The notes beneath the pieces were generated by a model that was not told the DNA's origin, did no database searches, and was given only the letters and a program-made list of their open reading frames with translations. Source: Candidatus Pyrohabitans jungbluthii (GTDB taxonomy: Archaea > Hydrothermarchaeota > Hydrothermarchaeia > Hydrothermarchaeales > BMS3B). From it: a stretch of DNA of 64,000 nucleotides. A program made the translations under genes and the position numbers. The DNA lies in the NCBI GenBank assembly GCA_002010065.2, contig MTMD02000015.1:32001-96000 (forward strand), written 5' to 3'. Of this stretch, positions 49,456 through 60,688 are shown in pieces. The stretch's first letter is position 1; each line of letters begins with the position of its first letter.

Positions 49456-52089
49456 TTGGGTATTAAAGGAATTGCAGAGGAAAGTTATCGCACTCTAATA
49501 GATGCTCTTGTAGATGCGGTGATAATCACAGATGTTAATGGAAAAATTATACTCTTTAATAAGAAAGCTGAGGAAATTTTTGGTTATAAATACAGTGAGC
49601 TTAAAGGCAAAGAGATTACTGTTTTAGTACCTCCCAGATCCGCTGAGATGCATGGTAAGTGCGTCTCTGATATCTATGCTATGAGAAAGGACGGCTCAGA
49701 AATTCCTGTAGAGGTATCCTTCTCAAAGCTGGAAATTGAAGGCGAAACCTATATTGCTGCGATTGTTCGCGACATCACCCAGAGAAAGCAAATTGAAGAG
49801 GCGCTCAAGGAAAGCGAGGAGATGTTCAGAACTGTAGCGGAGCACTCACTGGTTGGAATATACCTGATCCAGGAGGGTGTTTTTAAGTACGTCAACCCAA
49901 GGTTTGCGGAGATTTTCGGTTATAAGGTGGAAGAGCTTGTAAATAAGAGGGGTCCAAAGGATCTCGTTTATCCGGAAGATTGGCCAATTGTGGAGGACAA
50001 CCTGAACAAGCGCATAAGAGGTGAAGTTACTGCTATCTGTTACGATTTCCGTGGGGTTAAAAAGAATGGAGAGGTGATTTATGTCGAGGTTTATGGCGCC
50101 AAGGTGATGTACCGTGGCAAGCCGGCGGTTATAGGCTCCCTTCTTGATATAACGGACAGAAAGCTTGCCGAGGAAAAGATAACCCATCTAAACAGTGTTC
50201 TCAGCGCTATAAGGGGTATCAATCAGGTTATTGTGCGTGAAAGAGATATGAAAAAACTTCTGCGCAAAGTTTGTGAATTTCTCTACAGGGTCAGAGGCTA
50301 CAGTGTGGTGGAAATATGGCTCATCGACGAGAGTAGCGGCGAATTGAAGCTTGTGGCTCACGTAGGGGAAAAGGAAAGCACAGCGTATGGCAGGGACTTT
50401 GCAGAAAGAGCAATAATAGCTCGCAAGCTCATTGTGGTTAGAGAAGGCAGAGCCACCACCACCGTCCCCATCATCCATGAGAATAAGGTCTACGGCGCGC
50501 TCTGTCTCTGCTCTGACATGAAAGATGCCTTTGACAAGGAGGAGACAGAACTACTGGAGGATGTGACAAATGACATAGCCTATGCTATCAGAGCTATTGA
50601 AGATGAGACCATGCGGAAGCGCGCTGAGGAGGAGCTGCGGCGGCAGAAAGTTTTCTATGAGACTCTTATCCACACCGCTACGGATTTGATACTGGTGATA
50701 GATAGGAAGGGGCGATTCGTCTATGCGAACCGCGCCGCTAAGGATATCCTTGGAGAAGACGTGGTGAGGAAGCATATAAGCGAGGTGGTCGCTCCCGAAT
50801 ATCTTGAATTGACGCTGAACAACTTCAAACGACGCCTCCGCGGAGAGATAGTGAAGCCTTATGTAATCCAAGCCATCGACAAAAATGGCAGGCGAAGGTG
50901 GATGGAGATAAATGGAACCAGATTAGAGATAGACGGGAAAGTGATAGGCACATGCGCGATAGCGAGGGACGTGACTGAAAGGGTAAAGCTGGAGGAGGAA
51001 GTGGCAGAGACCAAGGAGTTCTTGCACAGCATCCTTGAAAGCTCCGCTGATGCGATAATCGCCACCGACGTGGAAGGTAAAATAACCTACTTCTCACGGG
51101 GAGCCGAAGAGATGCTTGGATATAAGGCATCGCAGGTAATCGGAAAACCCATCCTTGAGCTTTGCCCCCCCGTAATCAGGGAAGAGGTGCAGAAGTTTTA
51201 CCAAACACTTTTTGAAAAAGAGGTTCTGAGGAACATAAGAACAAAGCTGTTGTGCATCGAGGGCAGGGTGGTGGACGTCAGCCTCTCCCTTGCGCTGCTC
51301 AGAGATAAAGAGGGCAGACCCATAGGCACGGTTGGTGTTGCTAAGGACATAACAAAGGAGGTGCGCGCTGAGGAGGCGCTGAGGCGTGCTTATGAGGAGC
51401 TAAAGCGCCTTGACCAGCTTAAGAGCGACATAATCGCCAACGTGAGTCATGAGATTCGCACCCCAATCACCATCGCAAAGGGTTACATAGAGCTTGCAAT
51501 GGATGAAATCGACGAGAATGAGCGCAGGGATGAGCTTCAGACGGCAGTTAAAGCCCTGATGAGGCTAAATGAAACTGTTGACGACCTCATCGCCATAGCA
51601 GACATTGAAAGAGGTGACTTCAGCCTAAAACGCCGGGAGGCAAAAATAGAGGATATAATATCCAGAGCACTGGAAACAAAAGAGGAGTTTGCAAGGAGTA
51701 GGGATGTGAGCATTGATGTGGATGTAAATTACAGGGATAAAGTGTGGGTTGACCCGCCGAAGCTTCAGCGCGCCCTTATGAACCTGATAGACAACGCAAT
51801 AAAGTTCAACCGTAGAGGGGGGAAGGTTAATATTCGCGTTGAGAAAAGGGATGGAGAGCTTCTTTTCAGCGTAAGCGACACCGGTATAGGGATACCTGAA
51901 GACAAGCTGGAGGAGATATTCAAACCTTTAACCCAGCTGGACCCCAGCTCCACCCGCTACTACGGCGGCACCGGTACTGGTTTAACAGTGGCAAAGAAGA
52001 TAATCGAAGCCCACGGCGGAAAAATATGGGTGGAGAGCAAACTCGGGGAAGGCTCCACCTTCTACTTCACCATTCCTCTTCGCAACTAA
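49456..52089 (+). CDS. Cytoplasmic sensor histidine kinase (PAS-PAS-GAF-PAS-PAS-HisKA-HATPase)
   Basis: Multiple PAS/PAC motifs, [27 protein letters not shown]. Confidence 0.92.
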   Translation: MGIKGIAEESYRTLIDALVDAVIITDVNGKIILFNKKAEEIFGYKYSELKGKEITVLVPPRSAEMHGKCVSDIYAMRKDGSEIPVEVSFSKLEIEGETYIAAIVRDITQRKQIEEALKESEEMFRTVAEHSLVGIYLIQEGVFKYVNPRFAEIFGYKVEELVNKRGPKDLVYPEDWPIVEDNLNKRIRGEVTAICYDFRGVKKNGEVIYVEVYGAKVMYRGKPAVIGSLLDITDRKLAEEKITHLNSVLSAIRGINQVIVRERDMKKLLRKVCEFLYRVRGYSVVEIWLIDESSGELKLVAHVGEKESTAYGRDFAERAIIARKLIVVREGRATTTVPIIHENKVYGALCLCSDMKDAFDKEETELLEDVTNDIAYAIRAIEDETMRKRAEEELRRQKVFYETLIHTATDLILVIDRKGRFVYANRAAKDILGEDVVRKHISEVVAPEYLELTLNNFKRRLRGEIVKPYVIQAIDKNGRRRWMEINGTRLEIDGKVIGTCAIARDVTERVKLEEEVAETKEFLHSILESSADAIIATDVEGKITYFSRGAEEMLGYKASQVIGKPILELCPPVIREEVQKFYQTLFEKEVLRNIRTKLLCIEGRVVDVSLSLALLRDKEGRPIGTVGVAKDITKEVRAEEALRRAYEELKRLDQLKSDIIANVSHEIRTPITIAKGYIELAMDEIDENERRDELQTAVKALMRLNETVDDLIAIADIERGDFSLKRREAKIEDIISRALETKEEFARSRDVSIDVDVNYRDKVWVDPPKLQRALMNLIDNAIKFNRRGGKVNIRVEKRDGELLFSVSDTGIGIPEDKLEEIFKPLTQLDPSSTRYYGGTGTGLTVAKKIIEAHGGKIWVESKLGEGSTFYFTIPLRN

Positions 52090-53000
52090 ATAAAGTCCAG
52101 CCAGTGGTGGTATTTTTCGTCTTTTCCTCGGGTAACATCGAAGAACTTTGCCTGAAGCTTTCGCGTAATCTCGCCCGGCTTGCCTATCTCGTAGCCATCT
52201 ATCTCGCGAATAGGCGTTAGCTCAGCCGCGGTGCCCGTGAAGAAGACCTCGTCCGCCAGCAGCAGCTCCGCCCGGGTTATATCCTTTTCAACCACCTCGT
52301 AGCCCATATCCCTCGCAAGGGTGATAACGCTGTCCCGGGTTATTCCGGGAAGGATGCTGGCATGCTCCGGTGGAGTGTAGATAACGCCATCTTTCACTAT
52401 GAATATATTTTCGCCCGGCCCCTCGCTCACAAATCCGCGGTAGTCAAGCATAATCGCTTCGTCATAGCCAGCCTTTAGCGACTCCAGCTTCGCTAGTATA
52501 GAGTTGGCATATTGCCCTGTGCACTTCGCCACAGGCGGCAGAATATTCGGTGCTATGCGCTGGAAGGATGAAATCTTAACTCTTATACCATTCTTCAGTC
52601 CCTCTTCGCCCAGATAGGCTCCCCAGGGCCATGCAGCGATGGCAACCTCGACGGGAGCGTTAAGCGGATTCAGACCCATCTCTCCGTAGCCGCGAAACGC
52701 TATTGGGCGGATGTAGCATTCTTTGAGCCCATTGGCCTTAATAAGCTCCTTCGCCGCCTGCATGAGCTCCTCAACGGTGTAGGGTATCTCCATGAAGTAG
52801 AGCTTTGCAGAACGATGCAGGCGCTGCATGTGCTCGCGGTGCCTGAAAATAGCGGAACCCTTATCTGTGGAGTAGCACCTTATGCCCTCGAAAACGCCTG
52901 AGCCGTAGTGAAGCGCATGCGTAAGAACATGCACCTTCGCCTGCTTCCACTCGACGAGCTCACCATTCATCCATATGTAGCTGACCTCAGGGATGGGCAT
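52086..53000 (-). CDS. ilvE: Branched-chain amino acid aminotransferase
   Basis: [44 protein letters not shown]. Confidence 0.94.
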   Translation of the reverse strand: MPIPEVSYIWMNGELVEWKQAKVHVLTHALHYGSGVFEGIRCYSTDKGSAIFRHREHMQRLHRSAKLYFMEIPYTVEELMQAAKELIKANGLKECYIRPIAFRGYGEMGLNPLNAPVEVAIAAWPWGAYLGEEGLKNGIRVKISSFQRIAPNILPPVAKCTGQYANSILAKLESLKAGYDEAIMLDYRGFVSEGPGENIFIVKDGVIYTPPEHASILPGITRDSVITLARDMGYEVVEKDITRAELLLADEVFFTGTAAELTPIREIDGYEIGKPGEITRKLQAKFFDVTRGKDEKYHHWLDFI

Positions 53001-53142
53001 GGCAACCACCAGACACGGAATGTTTATACATACCCATATAAATCTCTTCCGCCGGGCGTAGGAATGGACACCTGCTTGAAGCCTGATGAACTGTGAAAAT
53101 GTTCGAGAAAAGACATAAAAGGTGAAGAGTTGAGAATCAAAC

Positions 53143-53970
53143 ATGATAAAAGCAGGGATTATCAGAGGCGAGGGGAAGGGAAAGGTTGTAATCAGAGTGA
53201 GGTCTACTCAGCCCTACACCGCCGAAATCACCTCTGAACAGCTTCGCGTGCTTGCAGAAGTTGCGAGAAAGTACGGCTCCCGCGTGGTGCACACCACTCC
53301 GAGACAGGCTATAGAGATACCCGACGTGGAGGAAAGCCTGGTTGAGGAGGCAATAAGAGAGCTGGAGAAGGCAGGCTTTAAAGCCGGAGCTTCAGGAGAG
53401 CTGACGAGGCATACATTCGCGTGCTCGAGGTGGTGCCTGTACAACTCAACTCCCGTAGCAGAGATGGTAGAAGAGATTAACGAAAAATATGGCGATGTGG
53501 AGATGCCAGCGAAGCTCACCATCTCATTCTCGGGCTGTGACTTCTCCTGCGCTCGCTCAAGAACCTCTGACATAGGGGTAATAGCAAAAACCAGAATAAA
53601 AGTAGAGCCCGATAGGTGTATTAAATGCGGATTATGCGTTAATGACCCCCTCGGCTGCCAGGTCGATGCTCTGACGGTCTCAAAGGAGAAGCCAGTGGAG
53701 TGGGACAGCGAGAAATGCGTTGGCTGCGGCTTCTGCTCCAACATCTGCCCTGTGGGTTCAATTACCGCACAGGAGAAAGGCTTTGACATCTATATCGCAG
53801 GGGGAGGCGGGATGTTCCCGAGAGAGGCCAGGCTGCTGAAGGAGTTCGTGAGTGAGGAGCGTGTGCTGGAGGAAGTAGACAGGATAGTGGAGAAGTACAG
53901 AGCCCTAGCAAAGCCTGGGGAGAGGTTGTTCTCTGTTGTTGAGCGCGTGGGTATAGAGGAGTTTGATTGA
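53143..53970 (+). CDS. Sulfite/nitrite reductase-like (Dsr-LP/AsrC-like) protein with ferredoxin insert, subunit 1
   Basis: EITSEQL…A.KYG, HTTPRQ, ACSRWC, SGCDFSC, CIKCGLC and CVGCGFC. Confidence 0.75.
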   Translation: MIKAGIIRGEGKGKVVIRVRSTQPYTAEITSEQLRVLAEVARKYGSRVVHTTPRQAIEIPDVEESLVEEAIRELEKAGFKAGASGELTRHTFACSRWCLYNSTPVAEMVEEINEKYGDVEMPAKLTISFSGCDFSCARSRTSDIGVIAKTRIKVEPDRCIKCGLCVNDPLGCQVDALTVSKEKPVEWDSEKCVGCGFCSNICPVGSITAQEKGFDIYIAGGGGMFPREARLLKEFVSEERVLEEVDRIVEKYRALAKPGERLFSVVERVGIEEFD

Positions 53971-53971
53971 A

Positions 53972-54862
53972 ATGGCTGAGGAAGGCTTCAAGCTGGAGCT
54001 GCCGAAGGTGGGAATAATAAAGGGGGTTAAGCCCAAGGATATTGAGGTTGTAGGAGAGAAAATTGTCAATATTAGGGCGAGGGCGAAGCCGTATTCTAAC
54101 ATCTACACAGCGGAGCAGCTGGAGAAGGTTGCGGAGGTGGCCGAGAAGTACGGCTCTGGCAAGGTTCATCTCAGCCCGAGGCACAACCTGGAGATACCTG
54201 AGGTCAGGAACAGCATGCTCATGCCCGCGCTTCAGGAGCTTTTCGCAGCAGGACTCCAGGCAGGTGGTTCAGGCACGTCGGTAAGAAACATATTCACCTG
54301 CGCCGACTACTGCCCCAACAAGGTGAGGGGTGTTAGAGAGCTCGGCGCCATTGTGAGCGAACTCTATGGCGACCTTCCCCTGCCAAACAAGTTTACCATC
54401 TCCTTTGCCGCCTGCCCGAGCGGGTGCTCGAGACCATGGAATGTGGACATTGGCATAATTGGCATTGCAGAGCTTGCTCTTGAAGAAGAGAAGTGCGTCG
54501 ATGGTTGCACCGCTTGCCTCGAAGCCTGCCCGGTGGAAGGCGCCATATCTATAGAAGGTGGGCTGAAGATAGACTCTGAGCGATGCGTGCGCTGTGCCAG
54601 GTGCGCCCGAGCATGCACTGAGGGTGCAATTAAGGTTAAAGACACAGGGTTTAAAGTTGTAGTAGGCGGTAAAGAGGGTAGGACGGTGTTGTTTGGAGAG
54701 GAGTATTTAAGCTTTGCAAAGGATTACGAGGTGATCGAGGCAATAGACAAAGTGATTAGACAGTACAAGAAGCTCGCCCAAAAGAGAGACAGAAAGAAGT
54801 ATGAGAGGCTTGGAGAGGTTATTCAGCGCATAGGTGGTCTGGAAGCTTTTATGAGCAGCTAA
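53972..54862 (+). CDS. Sulfite/nitrite reductase-like (Dsr-LP/AsrC-like) protein with ferredoxin insert, subunit 2
   Basis: TAEQL…AEKYGSG, HLSPRH, TCADYC, AACPSGC, two ferredoxin Cys motifs, ERLG. Confidence 0.75.
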   Translation: MAEEGFKLELPKVGIIKGVKPKDIEVVGEKIVNIRARAKPYSNIYTAEQLEKVAEVAEKYGSGKVHLSPRHNLEIPEVRNSMLMPALQELFAAGLQAGGSGTSVRNIFTCADYCPNKVRGVRELGAIVSELYGDLPLPNKFTISFAACPSGCSRPWNVDIGIIGIAELALEEEKCVDGCTACLEACPVEGAISIEGGLKIDSERCVRCARCARACTEGAIKVKDTGFKVVVGGKEGRTVLFGEEYLSFAKDYEVIEAIDKVIRQYKKLAQKRDRKKYERLGEVIQRIGGLEAFMSS

Positions 54863-54919
54863 AGCCTTTCAAGCTCTGCCCGGGGTTAACTTTTTAACTC
54901 CCATCTTCAACATTTCCCC

Positions 54920-55351
54920 ATGCGCTGCTCAGCGTGCAACTCACCTGTGGCGAGCTATGAGCTGTACCCGAGGAGTTACCGCCTATACGTCTACGCCTGC
55001 CACCGCTGTCGCAGGGCGAAGCTGGCGCACAACTTCGATGTTGAGCTGGACATAATCCCCCTGAAGGAGCTCGAGGTTAAGGAAAATGACGGGCTGTTCT
55101 TCATCCTTGGCTTGGAGGTGGAGCCCAGAGTCTTTAATTTTGAGGTAACCCAGGGGGAGGCGGTTATTGTAGCGGACGCTGAGATGGCGCTGGGCGAGCT
55201 TGTGAAAACAGACAAGGGGTATGCCTTTGCCAGCTACTCCAAGCGAGCAAAGCTAAGGCTGTGCAGGCTTCTCAAGCTCGGCGATTGCAACGACATGCCC
55301 GAGGGCAAGCTGGCTGAGATTCTCGCACAGAAGCTGGAGGGGGCGAGGTGA
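54920..55351 (+). CDS. Hypothetical protein with N-terminal CxxC…CxxC Zn ribbon
   Basis: CSAC…CHRC. Confidence 0.6.
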   Translation: MRCSACNSPVASYELYPRSYRLYVYACHRCRRAKLAHNFDVELDIIPLKELEVKENDGLFFILGLEVEPRVFNFEVTQGEAVIVADAEMALGELVKTDKGYAFASYSKRAKLRLCRLLKLGDCNDMPEGKLAEILAQKLEGAR

Positions 55352-55620
55352 TAGCTGAGATTGAGGCTTACGTTAGGAGGGAGATTGAGAAGCTCACCGA
55401 GGGGCAGAAAATAACACTCAAAGCTTTAATCTTCGCGGGCTACAAGGGCGAACGAGAAGAGCTTGTAAAGATGCTGATAGAAGCCTTCGGGGGCGATGGA
55501 ATAAAAGAGAGCCCGCTGGTGGAGAGCTTTACCTATACCTTCTCAGGCGAAGATGTGAGGTACTGGCGGATTTTACCCGAGTATTACCGTGCGGTGAGGA
55601 AAATTATTTTTGGGGATTAG
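55348..55620 (+). CDS. Hypothetical protein
   Basis: GTGA overlap with the upstream gene; host-like codon usage. Confidence 0.6.
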   Translation: MIAEIEAYVRREIEKLTEGQKITLKALIFAGYKGEREELVKMLIEAFGGDGIKESPLVESFTYTFSGEDVRYWRILPEYYRAVRKIIFGD

Positions 55621-56197
55621 CCACGCAAGCTCTGCAAACAACCTCGCCGCGCCTCTCCTCTGCGTAGGCTTTAAGCACCAGCTCTCCGCAGTTAGAACAG
55701 TAAGCGTGAGCCAAGCTCGGGTAGGGTTCCTGCTTGAAGGGTGGCGCTTCCTTAATCTCGAAGAGCTCCTCGTCGCTCTTCTCCATGAGCTTCGCCACTA
55801 TCTCTTTGCCTCTGCGCATGTGCTCTTCCGCAGCCTGTTTGCGTTCAGCTACGGGCATGTTCTTTATCTCCTCACCCCTGCGGCCGTAATCCAGCGTGGC
55901 TTCAAGGATTTCCTTTCTAACCAGAATACGAAGAGACTTTCCGCTTGCCAGGTCGTAAAAAGAAGCCGCGAATTTGCCGAGAGGCTTGAGGATTAGCGTG
56001 CTCTTGCCGAAGGTGGCGCCTGTAACAAAGGCAATGCCATCCGCCAAGCAATTCTGGAACTCCACCACGGCGAGGAGCTTCATTCCGCCCTCTCTCGCCC
56101 TGCCCAGCTTTTTCAGCGCGAGCTTGCCCATACGGTAGCCCAGGGCAAGCATGGGGCACAGGTGGCCATGAAAGCGTGCCGCTTCCTCGAGACTCAT
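55604..56197 (-). CDS. FmdE-family protein with C-terminal Zn finger
   Basis: FHGHLCP, CLADGIAFVTGATFGK, CSNCGE…CRAC. Confidence 0.88.
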   Translation of the reverse strand: MSLEEAARFHGHLCPMLALGYRMGKLALKKLGRAREGGMKLLAVVEFQNCLADGIAFVTGATFGKSTLILKPLGKFAASFYDLASGKSLRILVRKEILEATLDYGRRGEEIKNMPVAERKQAAEEHMRRGKEIVAKLMEKSDEELFEIKEAPPFKQEPYPSLAHAYCSNCGELVLKAYAEERRGEVVCRACVANPQK

Positions 56198-56234
56198 GAT
56201 TACCTTTTTACTTTCTCCCGTCGAAAAAAGTTTC

Positions 56235-56945
56235 ATGAAGCCTGAGCTTGAGGAGTACTACTCCAGGCGGGCGGCGACATACCACGATCTCGATGTTCCT
56301 GCGACGATAGTAGCGGCGGTGCGCAGACGTGGTGTAGCTGACCATGTGGCGATAATCAGCGCCAGCGAAAAGCAGCGCATCCTCGACGTTGGCACGGGCA
56401 CGGGCAGGTTTCTCGCTGTTTTTCCTCGCTGTGTGGGCGTAGATCTCACCGAGGAGATGCTTAAGCGAGCAAAGGTTTACCACAAACCCCTGGTTAGAGC
56501 GGATGCCGAGCACCTGCCCTTCCGTGACGAAAGCTTCGACGTGGTGCACAGTGCAGGCTTGCTGGGCGTTTACCGCTCGGCGAAGATTATTGCGGAGTGT
56601 GCGCGCGTGGCAAAGCGTGGCGGTAAGGTGTACATAAGCTTCCCCGCCAGGGAGAGCGTCAGCGGCTTTTTCTTCATGTTGTTCAAAAAGCTCTTCAATC
56701 GCAACGTTACGCTGCTGGACGAATGGTACTCCATCCAGGAGATTCACGAGCTTTACCCTGAGTCTCTTAAAATCGTGAAGGTGCACCGCCTGGGCTTCGA
56801 GTTGCCATTTCAGCGCTGGTACAAGAATCTAACCTCCAAGAGGCTTACGAAGCTATTCCTCTGGCTGGAGGAGAGGCTTCGCGAGAGGCGTGCCTTCAGA
56901 TACTTCAAGGCGAGATATTTGGTTGAGGCTGTGAAGGTGGGTTGA
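56235..56945 (+). CDS. Class I SAM-dependent methyltransferase
   Basis: [26 protein letters not shown]. Confidence 0.85.
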   Translation: MKPELEEYYSRRAATYHDLDVPATIVAAVRRRGVADHVAIISASEKQRILDVGTGTGRFLAVFPRCVGVDLTEEMLKRAKVYHKPLVRADAEHLPFRDESFDVVHSAGLLGVYRSAKIIAECARVAKRGGKVYISFPARESVSGFFFMLFKKLFNRNVTLLDEWYSIQEIHELYPESLKIVKVHRLGFELPFQRWYKNLTSKRLTKLFLWLEERLRERRAFRYFKARYLVEAVKVG

Positions 56946-56982
56946 CGTTAACTTTTTAACCTTCCCGCGGTGATTTAGGGGC

Positions 56983-59706
56983 ATGGTCGATGAAAAGCGC
57001 ATGAAGGCGGAGTTCCGCAAGAAAGCCCAAGCTGATCCAGAGAAGTACTACCCAGTGCAGACGCTCATCGAGGCTGGATTTGAGCGCAGGCAGTGCAAGC
57101 GTTGCGGCAACTACTTCTGGAGCGCGTCGCCAGAGCGCGAGGTGTGCGGCGAGCCCGAGTGCAGCGGGGGCTACACCTTCATAGGCAACTCTCCCGCCAA
57201 GGAAAAGATGGACTTTATTCAAACCTGGAAGAAGTTTTCCAGGCTGTTCAAAAAGCTTGGTTATACTCCAATAAAGCGCTATCCCATCGCCGCTCGCTGG
57301 AGAGATGACACAGACTTCGTCCAAGCGTCAATTTACGATTTCCAGCCTTATGTGGTTACGGGTGAAGTCGAGCCTCCAGCTAACCCGCTGGTGGTGCCTC
57401 AGTTCTGCGTTCGTTTCAACGACATAGACAATGTGGGCATTACCGGGAGGCACTACACTGGCTTTGTTATGATAGGCCAGCACGCCTTCGAACCGCCTGA
57501 AAGCTATGCGCCGGAGGATTATCTTCACCACATTTACCTTTGGCTCACCCAGGGGATGAAGATTCCCAAGGAGGAGATTCAGTTTCATGAGGATGCGTGG
57601 GCAGGTGGGGGCAACCTTGGCCCGAGCATGGAGTTCTTCTCCCGCGGTCTGGAGATAGGCAACCAGGTATACATGCAGTACGACATCACCTCGGGCGAGC
57701 TTCGCGAGCTCAGCATTAAAGTTCTCGACATGGGCATGGGGCAGGAGCGCCCCGCGTGGTTCACATACGCCACAAACACAAGCTACGAGGCGGTGTTCGC
57801 GGACGTGGTAAAGAAGCTGTACGCGCGCACAGGGATTAAGCCCGACCACGAGCTTATGCGCAGGTTTCTGCCCTACTCAGGCTTGCTGAACGTGGACGAG
57901 CGCTCCAGCATAGAGGAAACCTGGCGTGAGGTCGCTAGCAAGATAGGCGTTGACGTGGAGGAGCTTAAGGAGAAGGTTCTCCCCCTGGCGGCGCTTTATT
58001 CCATAGGCGACCACACTCGAAGCCTGCTCGTAGCCCTTGCTGACGGAGCGCTGCCCAGCAACGTGGGTGGGGGGTACAACCTGCGCGTGCTTGTGAGGCG
58101 CAGCTTAGACTTCATCGCAAAGCATGGGTGGGATGTGAGCTTAGCTGAGGTGTGCGAGTGGCACGCTCGCTACCTGAAGCCCCAGTACCCCGAGCTTCTG
58201 GAGCATCTCGACGAGGTGGCTAAGATTCTCGCCGTGGAGGAGCGCAAGTACGCTGAGACAAAGCGCAGGTCTCGCGAGATAGTGGCAAAGCTCAAAGGCA
58301 AGAGGATAACCGTTGAAAAGCTTCTGGAGCTTTACGACTCCCACGGGATAAGCCCTGAGATGCTTGCTGAGGCTGGACTGGAGGTGGAGGTTCCTGAGGA
58401 CTTCTACATCCGCTTGGCAGCGCGGCATGAGCGCAGTCGCGAAGCTGCCCAGATAAAGAAGTTTAAGGAGTTTGACATCTCAGGTTTGCCGGCCACTGAG
58501 ATTCTGTACTACGATGATTATCTCCTGCTGGAGTTCGAGGCGCGTGTGTTGCGCGTGTACGAGGGCAAGTATGTGGTGCTTGATCGCACCGCTTTTTACC
58601 CCACCAGCGGCGGGCAGATCGCAGACCGCGGCTATCTCGGCGATGCCCGCGTTGTAGATGTCTTCAAGCAGAGTAATGTGGTCTTCCACCGCATAGAGGG
58701 CGAGCCTCCTAAGGAGGGAAGCGTGGTTAAAGGTAAAATAGATGCGGAGCGCCGCGTGCAACTCGCCCAGCACCACACAGCGACGCACATAATCAACGGC
58801 GTGGCTCGAAGCCTGCTTGGCGAACACGTGTGGCAGGCTGGCGCCGAGAAGACGCCGGAGAAGGCGAGGCTGGACATAACCCACTACGAGAGCCTGAGCA
58901 GCGAGGAGCTCTCGCGAATAGAAGAGCTTGCCAATGAAGTTATTGCGAAGGCTATACCTGTGAAGAGCATGCTTCTGCCACGAAACGAGGCGGAGAAGCG
59001 CTACGGCTTTCGCCTCTACCAGGGCGGTGCCGTACCCGGGAAGACGATCAGGGTGGTGAAAATCGGCGACCTAGATACTGAAGCCTGCGGCGGCACCCAC
59101 CTGAAGAATACGCGGGAAGCCAGGCTTATAAAGATTATAGGCTCCACCAAGATTCAGGATGGCGTGGTGCGAATAGAGTTCGCCGCTGGAAAAGCTGCCT
59201 TCGAGTACATCCGCGAGAGGGAGCGTCTCCTCACCTTGGCTTCGGAGAAGCTGAGCGTCAACCCGGAACAGCTTCCCGAGACGGTTGAGAAGTTCTTCCG
59301 GGAGTGGAAGGCGCTGCGTAAGGAGGTTGAGAAGCTCCGCGAGGAGATAGCGGAGCTGAAGAAGGCGGAGCTGGAGAAGCAGGCTGTAAGCACCGCAGAG
59401 GGCGAGTACCTCGTCGCGCAGATAGATGCTGCAATGGAGGAGACGATAAAAGCTGCGCAGGCGCTGGTTGCGCCAAAAAGAGCAGTCATACTTTTCGGCG
59501 TCGCCGATAAGGTCTACGTCGCAGGGGTCAGAGGAAAAGAGCTCGATCTGGACATCTCTCGAATAGTGCGTGAGGTGTGCTCCCTCCTTGGCGGCGGGGG
59601 CGGAGGCAAAGCCGAGTTCGCCCAGGGCGCGGGGAAGAATAAGGATAAGTTAGCAGAAGCAAAGACTCTGGCTGAGGAAAAGCTGAGGGAAGCCCTAGCA
59701 CAGTAG
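56983..59706 (+). CDS. alaS: Alanine--tRNA ligase (archaeal type)
   Basis: ARWRDD…ASIYDFQP, GRHYTGF, DHTR, HTATH…CGGTH editing site, GGGGGG C-terminal domain. Confidence 0.97.
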   Translation: MVDEKRMKAEFRKKAQADPEKYYPVQTLIEAGFERRQCKRCGNYFWSASPEREVCGEPECSGGYTFIGNSPAKEKMDFIQTWKKFSRLFKKLGYTPIKRYPIAARWRDDTDFVQASIYDFQPYVVTGEVEPPANPLVVPQFCVRFNDIDNVGITGRHYTGFVMIGQHAFEPPESYAPEDYLHHIYLWLTQGMKIPKEEIQFHEDAWAGGGNLGPSMEFFSRGLEIGNQVYMQYDITSGELRELSIKVLDMGMGQERPAWFTYATNTSYEAVFADVVKKLYARTGIKPDHELMRRFLPYSGLLNVDERSSIEETWREVASKIGVDVEELKEKVLPLAALYSIGDHTRSLLVALADGALPSNVGGGYNLRVLVRRSLDFIAKHGWDVSLAEVCEWHARYLKPQYPELLEHLDEVAKILAVEERKYAETKRRSREIVAKLKGKRITVEKLLELYDSHGISPEMLAEAGLEVEVPEDFYIRLAARHERSREAAQIKKFKEFDISGLPATEILYYDDYLLLEFEARVLRVYEGKYVVLDRTAFYPTSGGQIADRGYLGDARVVDVFKQSNVVFHRIEGEPPKEGSVVKGKIDAERRVQLAQHHTATHIINGVARSLLGEHVWQAGAEKTPEKARLDITHYESLSSEELSRIEELANEVIAKAIPVKSMLLPRNEAEKRYGFRLYQGGAVPGKTIRVVKIGDLDTEACGGTHLKNTREARLIKIIGSTKIQDGVVRIEFAAGKAAFEYIRERERLLTLASEKLSVNPEQLPETVEKFFREWKALRKEVEKLREEIAELKKAELEKQAVSTAEGEYLVAQIDAAMEETIKAAQALVAPKRAVILFGVADKVYVAGVRGKELDLDISRIVREVCSLLGGGGGGKAEFAQGAGKNKDKLAEAKTLAEEKLREALAQ

Positions 59707-59746
59707 GACGCTAGCCTTTTAGACGTTACCTCGCCTGTATTAGGTT

Positions 59747-60688
59747 ATGATAGGTATCACCGCCCTGGTGCCGGCGGAAGTGATATACTCCTGCGGCGAG
59801 GCTGCACTGGATTTAAACAACTTCGTGCCGAATTCCAAGCTTGAGCCAGAGGAAAAGCTGTGCGCCTGGACAGCGATATGGCGAGAGCTTGTGCTGAGAG
59901 GGAAGGTTAAAATCGACAAGCTGGTAGTCGTTGCCGGTGGGGACTGCTACAATGCCCTCGTGGAGGGGGAGAAGGTTGAGCTGGCGGGGAAGCCTACACA
60001 CTACTTCACCTATCCCTTCGACCGGGATAGCAAGGTGATGCAGGAAGAGCTGAACGCGCTTGCGGAGTTCCTTGGTGGGATAAAGGAGGAAGCTTTCGAC
60101 GAGGTGGCTGAGCTGAAGAAGCTCGCTCTAGAGATACATGAGATGCGCTGCAATGGTGAGGTGAGCGCTGAGAAGGGATTCTTAATCGAAGTCTCGGGAA
60201 GCGACCTCATGGGTAGCCTGGAAAAGTACCGCTCTGCCATAGAGGAGGTGAGGGAAGAGGAGGTGGACTATGAGTACCGCGTTGCACTGCTGGGCATTCC
60301 CCCGATTTACCCGGACTTCCATGCGTTTCTTCAAGAGGTAGGCATGCATGTGGTCTTCGACGAGATGCCCTTTGAGTTCATCCGCCACTCAGGAAAGAAC
60401 CTGAAGGAGGTGGCGAGGAGCTACGCTAACTACACTTTCGCGGGCCACATAAAGCATCGCCTGAGGTTTCTTGAGTCTCAGCTAAGGCGCCACCGCGTTG
60501 ATGCGGTAATCCACTTTCAGCAGTTCGCATGCCACCACAAGCTTGAGGACCGCCTGCTTCGCGATTATCTGTACGAGAAGCTGGGCTACCCGTACATGAC
60601 CATAGAGGCAGACCTGCCTTCACCTACCCCCCAGCAGGCGAGGCTCCGCCTTGAAGCTTTTGCTGAGCGCCTGAGGGAGGTGTGGTAA
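59747..60688 (+). CDS. 2-hydroxyacyl-CoA dehydratase family subunit (HgdB-like)
   Basis: VPAEVI, CAW, GGDC, DAVIHFQQFAC, RLRLEAFAE. Confidence 0.8.
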   Translation: MIGITALVPAEVIYSCGEAALDLNNFVPNSKLEPEEKLCAWTAIWRELVLRGKVKIDKLVVVAGGDCYNALVEGEKVELAGKPTHYFTYPFDRDSKVMQEELNALAEFLGGIKEEAFDEVAELKKLALEIHEMRCNGEVSAEKGFLIEVSGSDLMGSLEKYRSAIEEVREEEVDYEYRVALLGIPPIYPDFHAFLQEVGMHVVFDEMPFEFIRHSGKNLKEVARSYANYTFAGHIKHRLRFLESQLRRHRVDAVIHFQQFACHHKLEDRLLRDYLYEKLGYPYMTIEADLPSPTPQQARLRLEAFAERLREVW

